64,000 nt of DNA, taken from assembly GCF_054482595.1 (NCBI RefSeq), contig NZ_CM137008.1. The stretch is one strand, 5' to 3'. The notes under the pieces are model-generated. The model had not been told where the DNA came from, ran no database searches, and worked only from the letters and a program-made list of their open reading frames with translations. Every line of letters starts with the position of its first letter. The stretch's first letter is position 1. This document shows positions 15,082 through 26,201 of the stretch, one piece after another. A program made the translations under genes and the position numbers.

Positions 15082-15816
15082 GTAGGCATAATAAGACGCG
15101 GTAAGCGTCGCATCAGGCATCGGCGCATGGTGTCGGATGCGGCGCGAGCGCCTTATCCGACCTGCGGTTCAGGCCTGTAGGCATGATAAGACGCGCCTGC
15201 GTCGCATCAGGCATCTGCGCATGGTGTCGGATGCGGCGCGAACGCCTTATCCGACCTGCGGTTCAGGCCTGTAGGCATGATAAGACGCGCCTGCGTCGCA
15301 TCAGGCATCGGCGCACGGTGTCGGATGCGCCGCGAGCGCCTTATCCGACCTACGGTTCAGGCCTGTAGGTATGATAAGACGCGCCTGCGTCGCATCAGGC
15401 ACTGAGCACGGTGTCGGATGCGGCGCGAGCGCCTTATCCGACCTACGGTTCAGGCCTGTAGGCATGATAAGACGCATCAGCGTCGCATCAGGCATCGGCA
15501 CACGGTGTCGGATGCGGTGCGAGCGCCTTATCCGACCTACGGTTCAGGCCTGTAGGCATGATAAGACGCATCAGCGTCGCATCAGGCATCGGCACACGGT
15601 GTCGGATGCGGCGCGAGCGCCTTATCCGACCTACGGTTCAGGCCTGTAGGTATGATAAGACGCATCAGCGTCGCATCAGGCACTGAGCACGGTGTCGGAT
15701 GCGGTGCGAGCGCCTTATCCGACCTACGGTTCAGGCCTGTAGGCATGATAAGACGCGCCAGCGTCGCATCAGGCATCTGCGCACAACTGTCGGATGCGCC
15801 ACGCGACGCATCCGAC
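15082..15816. repeat. BIME / REP array: about 8 tandem units of about 94 bp, each containing two oppositely oriented palindromic units
   Basis: gtcggatgcggcgcgagcgccttatccgac recurs at about 15131, 15226, 15319, 15413, 15507, 15601, 15683 and 15790, interleaved with cgtcgcatcaggcatc. Confidence 0.9.
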
Positions 15817-15822
15817 AATACC

Positions 15823-17709
15823 TTACTCTTCCATCGCCTGGCGGATCTGATCCAACGACGCCGGATCATCAATGGTCGTCAGATCCCCCGGATCGCGTCC
15901 TTCGCAAATCGCCTGGATCGTGCGGCGCAGCATTTTTCCGGATCGCGTTTTTGGCAATTGCGAGACAAACCAGACGTGCGCCGGGCGGCCAAAGTTGCCA
16001 ATCTGGCTGTCCACCAGCGCCATAATCGCCTTCTCTTGCGAATGCGCCACATCACGATCTTCCAGACTGTCGCTCTCTTTCGGAATGACAAACGCCACCG
16101 CCACCTGCCCTTTCAGCGCATCGTTCACCCCAACCACCGCCACTTCGGCAACGCCCGGATGACTGGAGATACTCTCTTCAATCTCGCGCGTCCCCAGCCG
16201 ATGCCCGGCAACGTTAATTACATCGTCAGTGCGCCCGAGAATAAAGTGATAACCGTCAGCGTCACGGATGCCCCAATCAAAGGTGGCGTACACCGGGCGG
16301 GAAAACAGCGACCAGTAAGTCTTCACAAAGCGGTCGTCGTCGCCCCAGATGGTCTGAATACAGCCCGGCGGCAGCGGCCCTTCCACCACCAGCATCCCTT
16401 TCTCGTTGACGCCACACGGTTCGCCGGTGACTTCATTAAGCAACTGCACGTTATAGCCATACATCGGCACGCCGGGGCTTCCCAGACGCGTCGGCCTGTC
16501 GTCCAGACCGCGAGCAATCGCCATAATCGGCCAGCCGGATTCGGTCTGCCAGTAGTTGTCGATAACCGGCACATCCAGCGTATTGCTTACCCAACTGGCG
16601 GTTGGCTCGTCCAGCGGCTCCCCCGCCAGATAGAGTACTTCCAGCGACGAAAGATCGTGTTTGCGAATTTCAGCGGTAGGGAATTTTTTCAGCACGCGAA
16701 TGGCGGTCGGCGCCGAGAACATCCGGCTAACCTGATATTTCTCGACGATTTTCCACCACACGCCGCAGTCCGGCCAGGTCGGTAATCCTTCGTAAACGAT
16801 AGTCGCCATCCCCGCCAGCAGCGGCGCGTAGACGATATACGAATGCCCCACCACCCAGCCGATATCCGAAGCACAAAAGAACACACCGCCCGCTTTGCCG
16901 CCAAAAATGGTGTCCATCGAGGTCGCCAGCGCCACCGCATATCCGCCGACGTCACGCTGCACGCCTTTAGGTTTGCCGGTCGTGCCGGAGGTGTAGAGAA
17001 TGCAGGAGGTTTCGTTGGATTCCAGCCACGCCACCGGTACCCGCGCGCCGATGTGTTGATGGCGCAACGACGCGAAATCGACATCCCGCCCGCTGACGCG
17101 CGCCATTTTCGCCAGCCCGCGATCCACCAGCAAAACATGGCGCGGCTGGTGCTGCGCCTGACTTATCGCATCGTCGAGCAATTTTTTATAGGGAATGATT
17201 TTGCCACCGCGCGCTCCGGCATCAGCCGAGACAATCAGCACCGGTTTAGCATCATCAATTCGCGCCGCCACGCTATGAGAGGCAAATCCACCAAACACCA
17301 CCGAGTGAATAGCGCCAATGCGCGCGCAAGCCAGCAGGGTTATATGCGCTTCGGCAATCATCGGCATATACACCAGCACCCGTTCGCCACGCTGCACGCC
17401 CAGTGAGCGCAGCATTGACGCCACCGCGTTCACTTCGTCATGCAGCTGACGAAAGGTAAAGGTGCGCTCTTCTTCTGTTTCCGAAGAGACGGCAATCAGC
17501 GCCAGCGCCTCTGGCTGTTTCTCCAGCCAGCGATCGATAGCGTTGTGACACAAGTTGGTTCGGCCTTCACAAAACCAACGGGCAAACGGCGGATTGCTGT
17601 GATCGAGCGTTTGCGTAAAGGGCGTCTGCCAGTCAATACGCCGGGCCTGCTCGGCCCAGAACTGCTCCGGTTCGTTAATCGAACGCTGATAAAATTCGCT
17701 AAAAGACAT
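15823..17709 (-). CDS. prpE: Propionyl-CoA synthetase PrpE (628 aa)
   Basis: Acyl-CoA synthetase (AMP-forming) fold, last gene of the prp operon. Confidence 0.95.
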   Translation of the reverse strand: MSFSEFYQRSINEPEQFWAEQARRIDWQTPFTQTLDHSNPPFARWFCEGRTNLCHNAIDRWLEKQPEALALIAVSSETEEERTFTFRQLHDEVNAVASMLRSLGVQRGERVLVYMPMIAEAHITLLACARIGAIHSVVFGGFASHSVAARIDDAKPVLIVSADAGARGGKIIPYKKLLDDAISQAQHQPRHVLLVDRGLAKMARVSGRDVDFASLRHQHIGARVPVAWLESNETSCILYTSGTTGKPKGVQRDVGGYAVALATSMDTIFGGKAGGVFFCASDIGWVVGHSYIVYAPLLAGMATIVYEGLPTWPDCGVWWKIVEKYQVSRMFSAPTAIRVLKKFPTAEIRKHDLSSLEVLYLAGEPLDEPTASWVSNTLDVPVIDNYWQTESGWPIMAIARGLDDRPTRLGSPGVPMYGYNVQLLNEVTGEPCGVNEKGMLVVEGPLPPGCIQTIWGDDDRFVKTYWSLFSRPVYATFDWGIRDADGYHFILGRTDDVINVAGHRLGTREIEESISSHPGVAEVAVVGVNDALKGQVAVAFVIPKESDSLEDRDVAHSQEKAIMALVDSQIGNFGRPAHVWFVSQLPKTRSGKMLRRTIQAICEGRDPGDLTTIDDPASLDQIRQAMEE

Positions 17710-17748
17710 AATGCTCTCCTGTTGAACTTACGCCTTACCGCTGTTTGC

Positions 17749-19200
17749 TTAAATGACGTACAGGTCGAGATACTCATTGACCGGCATCTGTTCCAGGCGA
17801 GTTCTGTCGAGAGAAACCTCCAGAATGCGCTGCTGCTGGCGAGTCGGGAACTGGCGCGCGAGATTGATTTTGAATTTATCCACCAGCTTCGGAATGCCAT
17901 CCTGACGGCGGCGAGCATGACCAATGGGGTACTCCACCACCACTTCTTCAAAGCGCGTGCCGTCGGTGAACTCAAGAGTAATGGCATTGGCGATGGCGCG
18001 TTTTTCCGGGTCGTGGTAGTCAGCGGTAAACGCCGGATCTTCAAAGCAATTGATCTTCTCGCGCAGGGCGTCGATGCGTTTATCTTGCGCAACGTTGTCC
18101 TCGTAATCTGCCGCCGTTAAGCGCCCGAACAGCAGCGGGATCGCCACCATGTACTGAATGCAGTGGTCGCGGTCTGCCGGGTTATTGAGCGGCCCCTTTT
18201 TGTCGATGATGCGAATACAGGCTTCGTGGGTGCGGATGGTCACTTTTTCGATATCTGCCGCCGTTTTGCCTGCTGCCTGCATCTGTTCATAGAGCGTCAT
18301 CGCTGCTTCAACTGCCGTCTGGGAGTGGAACTCCGCCGGGAAGGAGATTTTGAACAGCACATTTTCCATCACGTAAGAACCGTACGGACGCTGGAAGCGG
18401 AACGACTCACCTTTAAAGGAGACGTCATAGAAGCCCCACACAGGCGCAGTCAGGGCTGACGGGTAACCCATTTCGCCCGTTTTCGCCATCAGTGCCAGAC
18501 GTACCGCGCGGGAAGTGGCATCGCCCGCCGCCCAGGATTTACGCGTGCCGGTGTTCGGCGCATGGCGATAGGTGCGCAGCGACTGACCGTCCACCCACGC
18601 CAGCGAAACAGCGTTGAGAATTTCCTCGCGGGTCAGGCCAAGCATTTCGGCGACCACGGCGGTGGAAGCCACTTTCACTAACAGAACGTGGTCGAGGCCG
18701 ACGCGGTTAAAGGAGTTTTCCAGCGCGATGCAGCCCTGAATTTCATGGGCTTTAATCATTCCGGTCAGCACCTGTTTCATGGTCAACGGCGCTTTGCCGC
18801 TGGCGACCGCGTTGCGCGAAAGCCAGTCTGCCGTTGCCAGAATGCCGCCGAGGTTGTCGGAAGGATGGCCCCACTCTGCCGCAAGCCAGGTATCGTTGAA
18901 ATCGAGCCAACGGATCATCGCGCCGATGTTAAATGCCGCCTGGACGGGGTCGAGCTGGAACTGAGTTCCGGGGACGCGCACGCCGTTAGGTACGACGGTG
19001 CCGGGGACAATTGGCCCCAGCAGTTTTTTACAGGCCGGGTATTCGAGAGCTTCAAGACCGCAGCCGAGCGTGTCGAGCAGGCAGTAATGTGCGGTGTCGT
19101 AGGCCACTTTGGAGCTGATTTCGTAGTTCATCACGTAATCGACGATATCAACGATTTCACGATCAAATTCCGGGCGGATGTTGTTGATTTGAGCTGACAT
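17749..19200 (-). CDS. prpD: 2-methylcitrate dehydratase PrpD (483 aa)
   Basis: MmgE/PrpD family, [23 protein letters not shown]... Confidence 0.95.
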   Translation of the reverse strand: MSAQINNIRPEFDREIVDIVDYVMNYEISSKVAYDTAHYCLLDTLGCGLEALEYPACKKLLGPIVPGTVVPNGVRVPGTQFQLDPVQAAFNIGAMIRWLDFNDTWLAAEWGHPSDNLGGILATADWLSRNAVASGKAPLTMKQVLTGMIKAHEIQGCIALENSFNRVGLDHVLLVKVASTAVVAEMLGLTREEILNAVSLAWVDGQSLRTYRHAPNTGTRKSWAAGDATSRAVRLALMAKTGEMGYPSALTAPVWGFYDVSFKGESFRFQRPYGSYVMENVLFKISFPAEFHSQTAVEAAMTLYEQMQAAGKTAADIEKVTIRTHEACIRIIDKKGPLNNPADRDHCIQYMVAIPLLFGRLTAADYEDNVAQDKRIDALREKINCFEDPAFTADYHDPEKRAIANAITLEFTDGTRFEEVVVEYPIGHARRRQDGIPKLVDKFKINLARQFPTRQQQRILEVSLDRTRLEQMPVNEYLDLYVI

Positions 19201-19233
19201 TGGGTACGTTTCCTTATTGTTATTCGTAGAGGT

Positions 19234-20403
19234 TTACTGGCGCTTATCCAGCGCGACAAACTGGCGGTCTTCCGGTCCAACATAATTGGCGGAAGGACGG
19301 ATAATTTTGTTGTCCTGACGTTGTTCGATAATGTGCGCCGCCCAGCCGGTGACGCGAGCGATAACAAACAGTGGTGTGAACATCTCGGTGGGAACGCCCA
19401 TCATGTTGTAGGAAACAGCGGAGAACCAGTCGAGATTGGGGAACATCTTTTTGCTCTCCCACATCACCGTTTCCAGGCGATCGGCGATGTTGTACATCTT
19501 CAGCGAGCCGCCTTCCTGCGAGAGCTGCTTCGCCACACGTTTAATCACCTGGTGGCGCGGGTCGGCGATGGTATAAACCGGATGCCCAAAACCAATGACC
19601 ACTTCTTTGTTTTCCACGCGCTTGCGGATATCTGCTTCGGCTTCGTCTGGCGTTTCGTAGCGTTGCTGGATCTCCAGCGACACTTCATTCGCCCCGCCGT
19701 GTTTCGGCCCGCGCAGTGCGCCAATCGCGCCAATAATCGCGGAATACATATCAGAGCCGGTGCCCGCAATCACCCGACTGGTAAAGGTGGAAGCGTTAAA
19801 CTCGTGTTCGGCGTACAGCACCAGCGAAATATGCATCGCCTTTTCCCAGCTTTGCGACGGCTTTTCGCCGTGCAGCAGATGCAGGAAGTGACCGCCGATG
19901 GAGTCGTCATCGGTTTCCGGCTGGATGCGTTCGCCGTTATGGCTGTAGTGATACCAGTAGAGAAGAATCGAGCTAAGTGACGCCAGCAGTTTGTCGGCAA
20001 TATCCCGCGCGCCAGAGACGGTATGCCCCTCTTTTTCTGGCAGCGTGCAGCCGAGCGCGGAAACGCCGGTGCGCATAACATCCATCGGGTGTGACGCCGC
20101 CGGTAAGGCTTCCAGCACGGTACGCACGTTAGCCGGTAAACCGCGCAGGGCTTTCAGTTTCGTTTTGTAGGCGGCGAGTTCGTCACGGGTCGGCAGTTTG
20201 CCGTGGATCAGCAGATGCGCCACTTCTTCAAATTCGCAATGTTCCGCCAGATCAAGAATATCGTAGCCACGGTAATGCAAGTCATTGCCACTTTTACCCA
20301 CGGTGCAGAGCGCCGTATTGCCCGCCGGAACGCCAGAAAGCGCCACAGATTTTTTCGGTTTAATGACATGGGTACTGTTTTGCAGGATCGTTGTGTCGCT
20401 CAT
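19234..20403 (-). CDS. prpC: 2-methylcitrate synthase PrpC (389 aa)
   Basis: Citrate synthase family; start set at [19 protein letters not shown] because the longer ORF extends into a REP element. Confidence 0.92.
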   Translation of the reverse strand: MSDTTILQNSTHVIKPKKSVALSGVPAGNTALCTVGKSGNDLHYRGYDILDLAEHCEFEEVAHLLIHGKLPTRDELAAYKTKLKALRGLPANVRTVLEALPAASHPMDVMRTGVSALGCTLPEKEGHTVSGARDIADKLLASLSSILLYWYHYSHNGERIQPETDDDSIGGHFLHLLHGEKPSQSWEKAMHISLVLYAEHEFNASTFTSRVIAGTGSDMYSAIIGAIGALRGPKHGGANEVSLEIQQRYETPDEAEADIRKRVENKEVVIGFGHPVYTIADPRHQVIKRVAKQLSQEGGSLKMYNIADRLETVMWESKKMFPNLDWFSAVSYNMMGVPTEMFTPLFVIARVTGWAAHIIEQRQDNKIIRPSANYVGPEDRQFVALDKRQ

Positions 20404-20445
20404 ATTGTCCTCGTCATTGTTATCATTTGTAGGGTCGAGATTGTT

Positions 20446-20530
20446 GTCGGATGCGACGCCATGCGTCTTATTCGACCTACAGTTCAGTACACCCGTAGGC
20501 CTGATAAGCCGCGTCAGCGGCGCATCAGGC
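20446..20530. repeat. REP pair between prpB and prpC
   Basis: gtcggatgcgacgccatgcgtcttattcgacctac ... gtaggcctgataagccgcgtcagcggcgcatcaggc. Confidence 0.75.
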
Positions 20531-20562
20531 ATCGGTTGTCGAATACAACCAACGGGCGTTTT

Positions 20563-21453
20563 TTATTTCACCTGGCTACGGGCAAACAGGTCGTCGAGCT
20601 TCGCTTCGTACTGGTAGTAGTTGATGCTTTCGTACAGCTCGTTGCGGGTCTGCATGGTGTCGATGACACTTTTCTGCGTGCCTTCCTGACGCAGGACGTT
20701 GTAGACATGCTCAGCGGCGCGGTTCATGGCGCGGAACGCTGAAAGCGGGTACAGCGCCATTGCGACATGGGCGCTGCGTAATTCGTCGATGGTAAACAGC
20801 GGCGTTGCGCCAAATTCGGTAATATTGGCGAGGATTGGCACCTGCACCGCATCGGCAAACTGGCGGTACATGGCGAGTTCGGTAATCGCCTCCGGGAACA
20901 ACATCTCGGCACCCGCTTCAACATAGGCCTGCGCACGCTCGATCGCCGCATCCAGCCCTTCTACCGCCAGCGCATCGGTGCGCGCCATGATCACAAAATC
21001 AGGATCGGTTTTCGCATCCACCGCCGCGCGGATCCGATCCACCATCTCCTCTTTCGAGACGATCGCTTTGTTCGGGCGATGACCACAGCGTTTTGCACCA
21101 ACCTGATCTTCAATATGCAATCCCGCCGCACCGGCTTTAATCATCGATTTCACCGTACGCGCAACGTTAAAAGCAGAAGAACCAAAACCGATATCCGCAT
21201 CCACCAGCAGCGGCAGCGAACAAACGTCGGTGATACGGCGAATATCTGTCAACACGTCATCAAGAGTAGAAATACCGAGATCGGGCAGCCCCAGCGACCC
21301 TGCCGCCACGCCACCGCCGGAGAGATAAATTGCCTGATATCCGGCACGCTGCGCCAACAGCGCATGGTTGGCGTTGATGGTGCCAACAATCTGCAATGGA
21401 TTTTCTTTAGTCAGTGCAGCGCGAAACGCTTTACCTGGGGAGTGTAGAGACAT
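20563..21453 (-). CDS. prpB: 2-methylisocitrate lyase PrpB (296 aa)
   Basis: PEP mutase/isocitrate lyase superfamily, [48 protein letters not shown]. Confidence 0.95.
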   Translation of the reverse strand: MSLHSPGKAFRAALTKENPLQIVGTINANHALLAQRAGYQAIYLSGGGVAAGSLGLPDLGISTLDDVLTDIRRITDVCSLPLLVDADIGFGSSAFNVARTVKSMIKAGAAGLHIEDQVGAKRCGHRPNKAIVSKEEMVDRIRAAVDAKTDPDFVIMARTDALAVEGLDAAIERAQAYVEAGAEMLFPEAITELAMYRQFADAVQVPILANITEFGATPLFTIDELRSAHVAMALYPLSAFRAMNRAAEHVYNVLRQEGTQKSVIDTMQTRNELYESINYYQYEAKLDDLFARSQVK

Positions 21454-21500
21454 AGCCCATCCTTTGTTATCAACTTGTTATTTGCGTTGATAAACACAAA

Positions 21501-21516
21501 GCAAGGGGTGTGCCAC
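21501..21516 (-). promoter_or_regulatory. Sigma-54 (-24/-12) promoter of prpBCDE
   Basis: Minus strand reads TGGCAC-ACCCC-TTGC (GG and GC elements at correct 5-bp spacing) about 50 bp upstream of prpB; divergent prpR encodes a sigma-54 activator. Confidence 0.75.
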
Positions 21517-21691
21517 AATTGCCTTAATAAAATTAAATCTTTAATTTCAATTCGTTAGAGATAAAGTCATGAACTAATCCGCAAATATGCGTTTCAGTTA
21601 ACGTTTCAGGCAATGTTTCACCGCGTTTCATTGCAACAATTATGAAACAAGACTAAACCCAATATTCGGTTTCTTAACTTTGCGGTGCGCT

Positions 21692-23278
21692 ATGGCACAT
21701 CCACCACGGCTTAATGACGACAAACCGGTTATCTGGACGGTATCTGTAACGCGCCTGTTCGAGCTGTTTCGCGATATCAGCCTCGAGTTTGATCACCTGG
21801 CGAACATTACCCCTATTCAGCTTGGCTTTGAAAAAGCAGTGACCTACATCCGCAAGAAACTGGCAAACGAACGCTGTGACGCCATCATCGCTGCTGGCTC
21901 TAACGGCGCGTACCTGAAAAGCCGCCTGTCAGTGCCAGTTATTTTGATTAAACCGAGCGGCTACGATGTGTTACAGGCACTGGCAAAAGCCGGAAAGCTC
22001 ACCTCTTCTATCGGCGTTGTCACTTATCAGGAAACTATTCCGGCACTGGTGGCGTTTCAAAAAACCTTTAATTTGCGCCTCGATCAACGTAGCTACATTA
22101 CCGAAGAAGACGCACGCGGGCAGATTAACGAGCTAAAAGCTAACGGCACCGAAGCGGTGGTCGGCGCGGGGCTGATTACCGATCTGGCAGAAGAAGTCGG
22201 AATGACCGGAATTTTTATCTATTCCGCCGCCACCGTGCGCCAGGCGTTCAGCGATGCGCTGGATATGACGCGCATGTCGTTACGCCATAACACTCACGAT
22301 GCTACCCGTAACGCCCTGCGTACTCGTTACGTGCTGGGCGATATGCTCGGTCAATCACCACCGATGGAACAAGTACGGCAGACTATTTTGCTGTATGCCC
22401 GCTCCAGTGCAGCGGTGTTGATTGAGGGGGAAACGGGGACGGGCAAAGAGCTGGCGGCCCAGGCGATTCATCGGGAATATTTTGCCCGCCACGATGCGCG
22501 ACAGGGCAAAAAGTCGCATCCGTTTGTTGCCGTCAACTGCGGGGCGATAGCCGAATCGCTGCTGGAATCGGAGCTGTTTGGCTATGAGGAAGGGGCGTTT
22601 ACCGGCTCGCGACGCGGAGGTCGCGCCGGGCTGTTCGAAATTGCCCACGGCGGTACGCTGTTTCTGGATGAGATTGGCGAAATGCCGCTACCTTTGCAGA
22701 CTCGCCTGTTACGGGTGCTGGAAGAAAAAGAGGTTACTCGCGTCGGCGGGCATCAGCCTGTTCCGGTGGATGTGCGGGTCATTAGCGCCACTCACTGCAA
22801 TCTGGAAGAAGATATGCGGCAAGGGCAGTTTCGCCGTGATCTGTTTTATCGGCTGAGTATTTTGCGTCTGCAATTGCCACCACTGCGCGAGCGGGTGGCA
22901 GATATTCTGCCACTGGCGGAAAGTTTTTTGAAAGTGTCTCTGGCGGCGCTCTCCGCCCCATTTTCTGCTGCATTACGCCAGGGGTTACAGGCAAGTGAAA
23001 CTGTGCTGCTGCGCTACGACTGGCCGGGCAATATTCGTGAACTGCGCAATATGATGGAGCGACTGGCGCTGTTTTTAAGTGTGGAACCGACGCCGGATTT
23101 AACGCCGCAGTTTTTGCAGCTGCTACTGCCGGAACTGGCGCGCGAGTCGGCGAAAATTCCCGCTCCACGCTTGCTGACACCACAACAGGCACTGGAGAAA
23201 TTTAAAGGCGATAAAACAGCAGCGGCGAATTATTTAGGCATAAGCCGGACGACGTTCTGGCGGCGGCTGAAAAACTGA
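21692..23278 (+). CDS. prpR: Sigma-54-dependent activator of the prp operon PrpR (528 aa)
   Basis: AAA+ sigma-54 interaction domain (GETGTGKE Walker [16 protein letters not shown]), C-terminal Fis-type HTH. Confidence 0.93.
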   Translation: MAHPPRLNDDKPVIWTVSVTRLFELFRDISLEFDHLANITPIQLGFEKAVTYIRKKLANERCDAIIAAGSNGAYLKSRLSVPVILIKPSGYDVLQALAKAGKLTSSIGVVTYQETIPALVAFQKTFNLRLDQRSYITEEDARGQINELKANGTEAVVGAGLITDLAEEVGMTGIFIYSAATVRQAFSDALDMTRMSLRHNTHDATRNALRTRYVLGDMLGQSPPMEQVRQTILLYARSSAAVLIEGETGTGKELAAQAIHREYFARHDARQGKKSHPFVAVNCGAIAESLLESELFGYEEGAFTGSRRGGRAGLFEIAHGGTLFLDEIGEMPLPLQTRLLRVLEEKEVTRVGGHQPVPVDVRVISATHCNLEEDMRQGQFRRDLFYRLSILRLQLPPLRERVADILPLAESFLKVSLAALSAPFSAALRQGLQASETVLLRYDWPGNIRELRNMMERLALFLSVEPTPDLTPQFLQLLLPELARESAKIPAPRLLTPQQALEKFKGDKTAAANYLGISRTTFWRRLKN

Positions 23279-23375
23279 ACTGCCGAATGCAGCGCGAACG
23301 CTTTATCCGGCATAAATTTCAATAGATGATCACCGATAAACTTACGCATCGGGGATGTTTACATAGGATTCAGAA

Positions 23376-23651
23376 TTACTTCTTCTTATAAATATTTGCC
23401 GTGCCGTGGATCTTATTGTCAGTTTGACCGGAGGTCAGTACCAACACATCAGCCCCTTTTTCATCCGCTTTTTTGATCAAATCTTCTTTCGCGTCTGCGG
23501 TCGACATTTCATTGCTGGTTGAAATATCACCTATTTTTTCATATTGCGATTCGACTTTTTCAAATTCCGCTTTAGTCATCAATTCAGCGGCATAGACATT
23601 GGTAACGGCAAACGCTAACGCACCGACTAACATTTTAGAGATTATTTTCAT
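23376..23651 (-). CDS. yahO: Small periplasmic DUF1471 (BhsA/YdgH-like) protein YahO
   Basis: 91 aa, signal peptide [22 protein letters not shown]-terminal GTANIYKK typical of the family. Confidence 0.8.
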   Translation of the reverse strand: MKIISKMLVGALAFAVTNVYAAELMTKAEFEKVESQYEKIGDISTSNEMSTADAKEDLIKKADEKGADVLVLTSGQTDNKIHGTANIYKKK

Positions 23652-23797
23652 ATTACGGCTCCAGAGTTGTTATCACACTATCACCCACCGACATTATTGG
23701 GTTGATTAATAATTAGTTCAGTCAGGGCATAAACGCCAGTAACCGGAAATAAGACACTTTGTGATCTCTCTCGCACCCGATTATTTTTGGTAGAAAT

Positions 23798-24469
23798 ATG
23801 ATGCAGTTACTTCACTTATTTATGGATGAAATCACTATGGATCCTTTGCACGCCGTTTACCTGACCGTAGGACTGTTCGTGATTACTTTTTTTAATCCGG
23901 GAGCCAATCTCTTTGTGGTAGTACAAACCAGCCTGGCTTCCGGTCGACGCGCAGGAGTGCTGACCGGGCTGGGCGTGGCGCTGGGCGATGCATTTTATTC
24001 CGGGTTGGGTTTGTTTGGTCTTGCAACGCTAATTACGCAGTGTGAGGAGATTTTTTCGCTTATCAGAATCGTCGGCGGCGCTTATCTCTTATGGTTTGCG
24101 TGGTGCAGCATGCGCCGCCAGTCAACACCGCAAATGAGCACACTACAACAACCGATTAACGCCCCCTGGTATGTCTTTTTTCGCCGTGGATTAATTACCG
24201 ATCTCTCTAACCCTCAAACCGTTTTATTTTTTATTAGTATTTTCTCAGTAACATTAAATGCCGAAACACCAACATGGGCACGTTTAATGGCCTGGGCGGG
24301 GATTGTGCTCGCATCAATTATCTGGCGAGTTTTTCTTAGTCAGGCGTTTTCTTTGCCCGCTGTACGTCGTGCTTATGGGCGTATGCAACGCGTTGCCAGT
24401 CGGGTTATTGGTGCAATTATTGGTGTATTCGCGCTACGCCTGATTTACGAAGGGGTGACGCAGCGGTGA
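23798..24469 (+). CDS. yahN: LysE/RhtB-family amino-acid exporter YahN
   Basis: 223-aa polytopic membrane protein. Confidence 0.8.
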   Translation: MMQLLHLFMDEITMDPLHAVYLTVGLFVITFFNPGANLFVVVQTSLASGRRAGVLTGLGVALGDAFYSGLGLFGLATLITQCEEIFSLIRIVGGAYLLWFAWCSMRRQSTPQMSTLQQPINAPWYVFFRRGLITDLSNPQTVLFFISIFSVTLNAETPTWARLMAWAGIVLASIIWRVFLSQAFSLPAVRRAYGRMQRVASRVIGAIIGVFALRLIYEGVTQR

Positions 24470-24594
24470 GCAGATAATTTACTCTCTACGTAATCAACCT
24501 GATTTGCCGAATCCCGACCATCGGCGATGATAGCCCCCGTAATGCGTGGTCCTTATTTCCGATAAGTTTACTTGAGTCTTTAGCTTCCCATTTC

Positions 24595-24624
24595 AGCCCA
24601 CTCTCCCCTGTGTGGGCTTTTTTC
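24595..24624 (+). terminator. Intrinsic terminator downstream of yahN
   Basis: agcccac-tctcccctg-tgtgggct stem-loop followed by TTTTT. Confidence 0.6.
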
Positions 24625-25143
24625 ATTGGTCTGACCCGTCCTGAATAGCCAAACAATGGCAATGTTCCACTTTGCAGGGATGATAATAAGGGGATCTGAT
24701 TCAGAAGAGTTTTGAAAAGTTGGACCGCCATCGAGGCCTCGAACCCCGTACCATACAACAATCCTGGTTGTCGTCTGCTCTTCCTGATGAGCTAATGGCG
24801 GTTTTTGATATGAGCCTTACAGCATATTTTCTGTCAGGCTTGAGTGCGATGCGTAAGATACAGAAAAGACCCCACACAAACATGATGGAATTATGATTTT
24901 TTTCATATGAATGTCAACCCACACATTCACAAAACATCTGCATGAGATCATTTTTTATACACCACATAGCTGCAAAACCACTGCTGGTGCTTTTTTAAGC
25001 GAAGCGTCGCCGATCACAACAAAATATCGGCGAAAAAGGCGGTGGAATGCCATTTGGCATACGGATATACAGATGAAATGATTACCTGCATTGCGATTCA
25101 CTCTCTGGTGGAATAACAACTTGCAGGTGGAACCCTTTCTGAA

Positions 25144-25959
25144 CTAAAGAGTGTAGCGGATTTTAACGTGCTTATTTACAGGATAATATCTGTCACCTAA
25201 TTCCTGCACTCTATTAGATATCCATTCATTTAATCGTGCATCATCTCTGTATGTTTTTACGTCCAGAACAGAGAGCAATAACATCACCAGTGATTCAGGA
25301 AAAACAGGGTAGATATTTTTTAAGTGTAATAATAATCCATGCGCAAGCGCCTGCTTAATGGGCGCGTCTGTCTCCGGAATAGACGACATTTCGCGAAGCC
25401 ATTTTTCCACATGCATACACTCTTTCCCTTTAGGGAAAAGTCTCAGCAAAGGCATATGGTGTTCAAGAAGAATACATTTGCAATCTGTTCGCACTGAATT
25501 GATAAACTGCACTAATTTCTTAAGCCCGGTAAAGCGTCCAGCCTGCACATTTGCTTTAATATCAAGAAACGCATCATCCTAGTCATATACCCAAACTGTC
25601 CCTTTTTGATTTTCAAGTATGCGAAAAACAAACTTAACCGGGTGATCAGGGTAATCCATCCAGTCATAAAATCCAGGGAAATCATTAAACTGCACATTTA
25701 TGGTGAGTGCGTTATCGTCTGACCACTCACAGTCTCGTACGGCAGCCATGAGATGAATGAGTTTGTCGTCATCGACTAAATCATCACGACAATCATAAGG
25801 ATAATCATAATATTGTTTAATCAAAACCTTGAATATATCGACACAGGAAACCAGGGAGCTTTTGATATCCTCTGGTAACTGATTGTTTTTAACCGTATTA
25901 AGTATGCTTTGTTGCGTATATGGCATCAAATTATTGTGCGGAGCTTTTAATGATATCAT
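25144..25959 (-). pseudogene. yahL: yahL-like gene interrupted by an in-frame TAG (two in-frame ORFs of 126 and 134 codons)
   Basis: ORFs 25579..25959 and 25144..25548 are in the same frame, separated by a TAG at 25579-25581 and 10 codons; combined length about 270 aa equals intact YahL. Confidence 0.55.
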
Positions 25960-26201
25960 CGCGATCTCTCTTAAATAAAAATAAACGTCGCAGATAATAA
26001 AGCTCTGATTAAACCAGGCACTATCAGAAATCGCTCATAACTAACGTGTGAAGTATTAGGTACTGGAGGGAGTTAATTTAACAATTTGAATTTACGTTAT
26101 AGGTTTTACTGCTACTTTGATATTATTTCGCTCTCCTTAACTAAAAAGTTAAGTGGAGAGCGAAGTTAATATGTTAAACCACAGCGTATTTATTAATTTT
26201 T

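Noticed and set aside
15082-15816. Possible CRISPR array, given regular tandem repeats
   Set aside because: Units are about 94 bp with no unique spacers between them, contain the classical REP palindromes and have no cas genes nearby; this is a BIME array, not CRISPR.
15183-15872. Several 60-96 codon ORFs on both strands inside the codB-prpE repeat array
   Set aside because: They are tiled across identical REP/BIME units and produce repetitive low-complexity peptides; they are artefacts of the repeat, not genes.
15652-16785. 377-aa ORF on the plus strand
   Set aside because: It is antisense to prpE, begins inside the REP array and is Arg/His-rich as expected for the antisense frame of a GC-rich gene; the prpE assignment on the minus strand is far better supported.
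24486-24883. Small ORFs (91 and 60 aa) downstream of yahN, considered as a possible yahM homolog or tRNA-like element
   Set aside because: No RBS or start context, no recognisable protein features and no tRNA cloverleaf that I could reconstruct; left unannotated.
26125-26165. Imperfect hairpin cgctctccttaact...agttaagtggagagcg downstream of yahK, considered as a terminator
   Set aside because: Stem has a 2-nt bulge and is not followed by a U-tract on either strand, so a terminator call is not supported.
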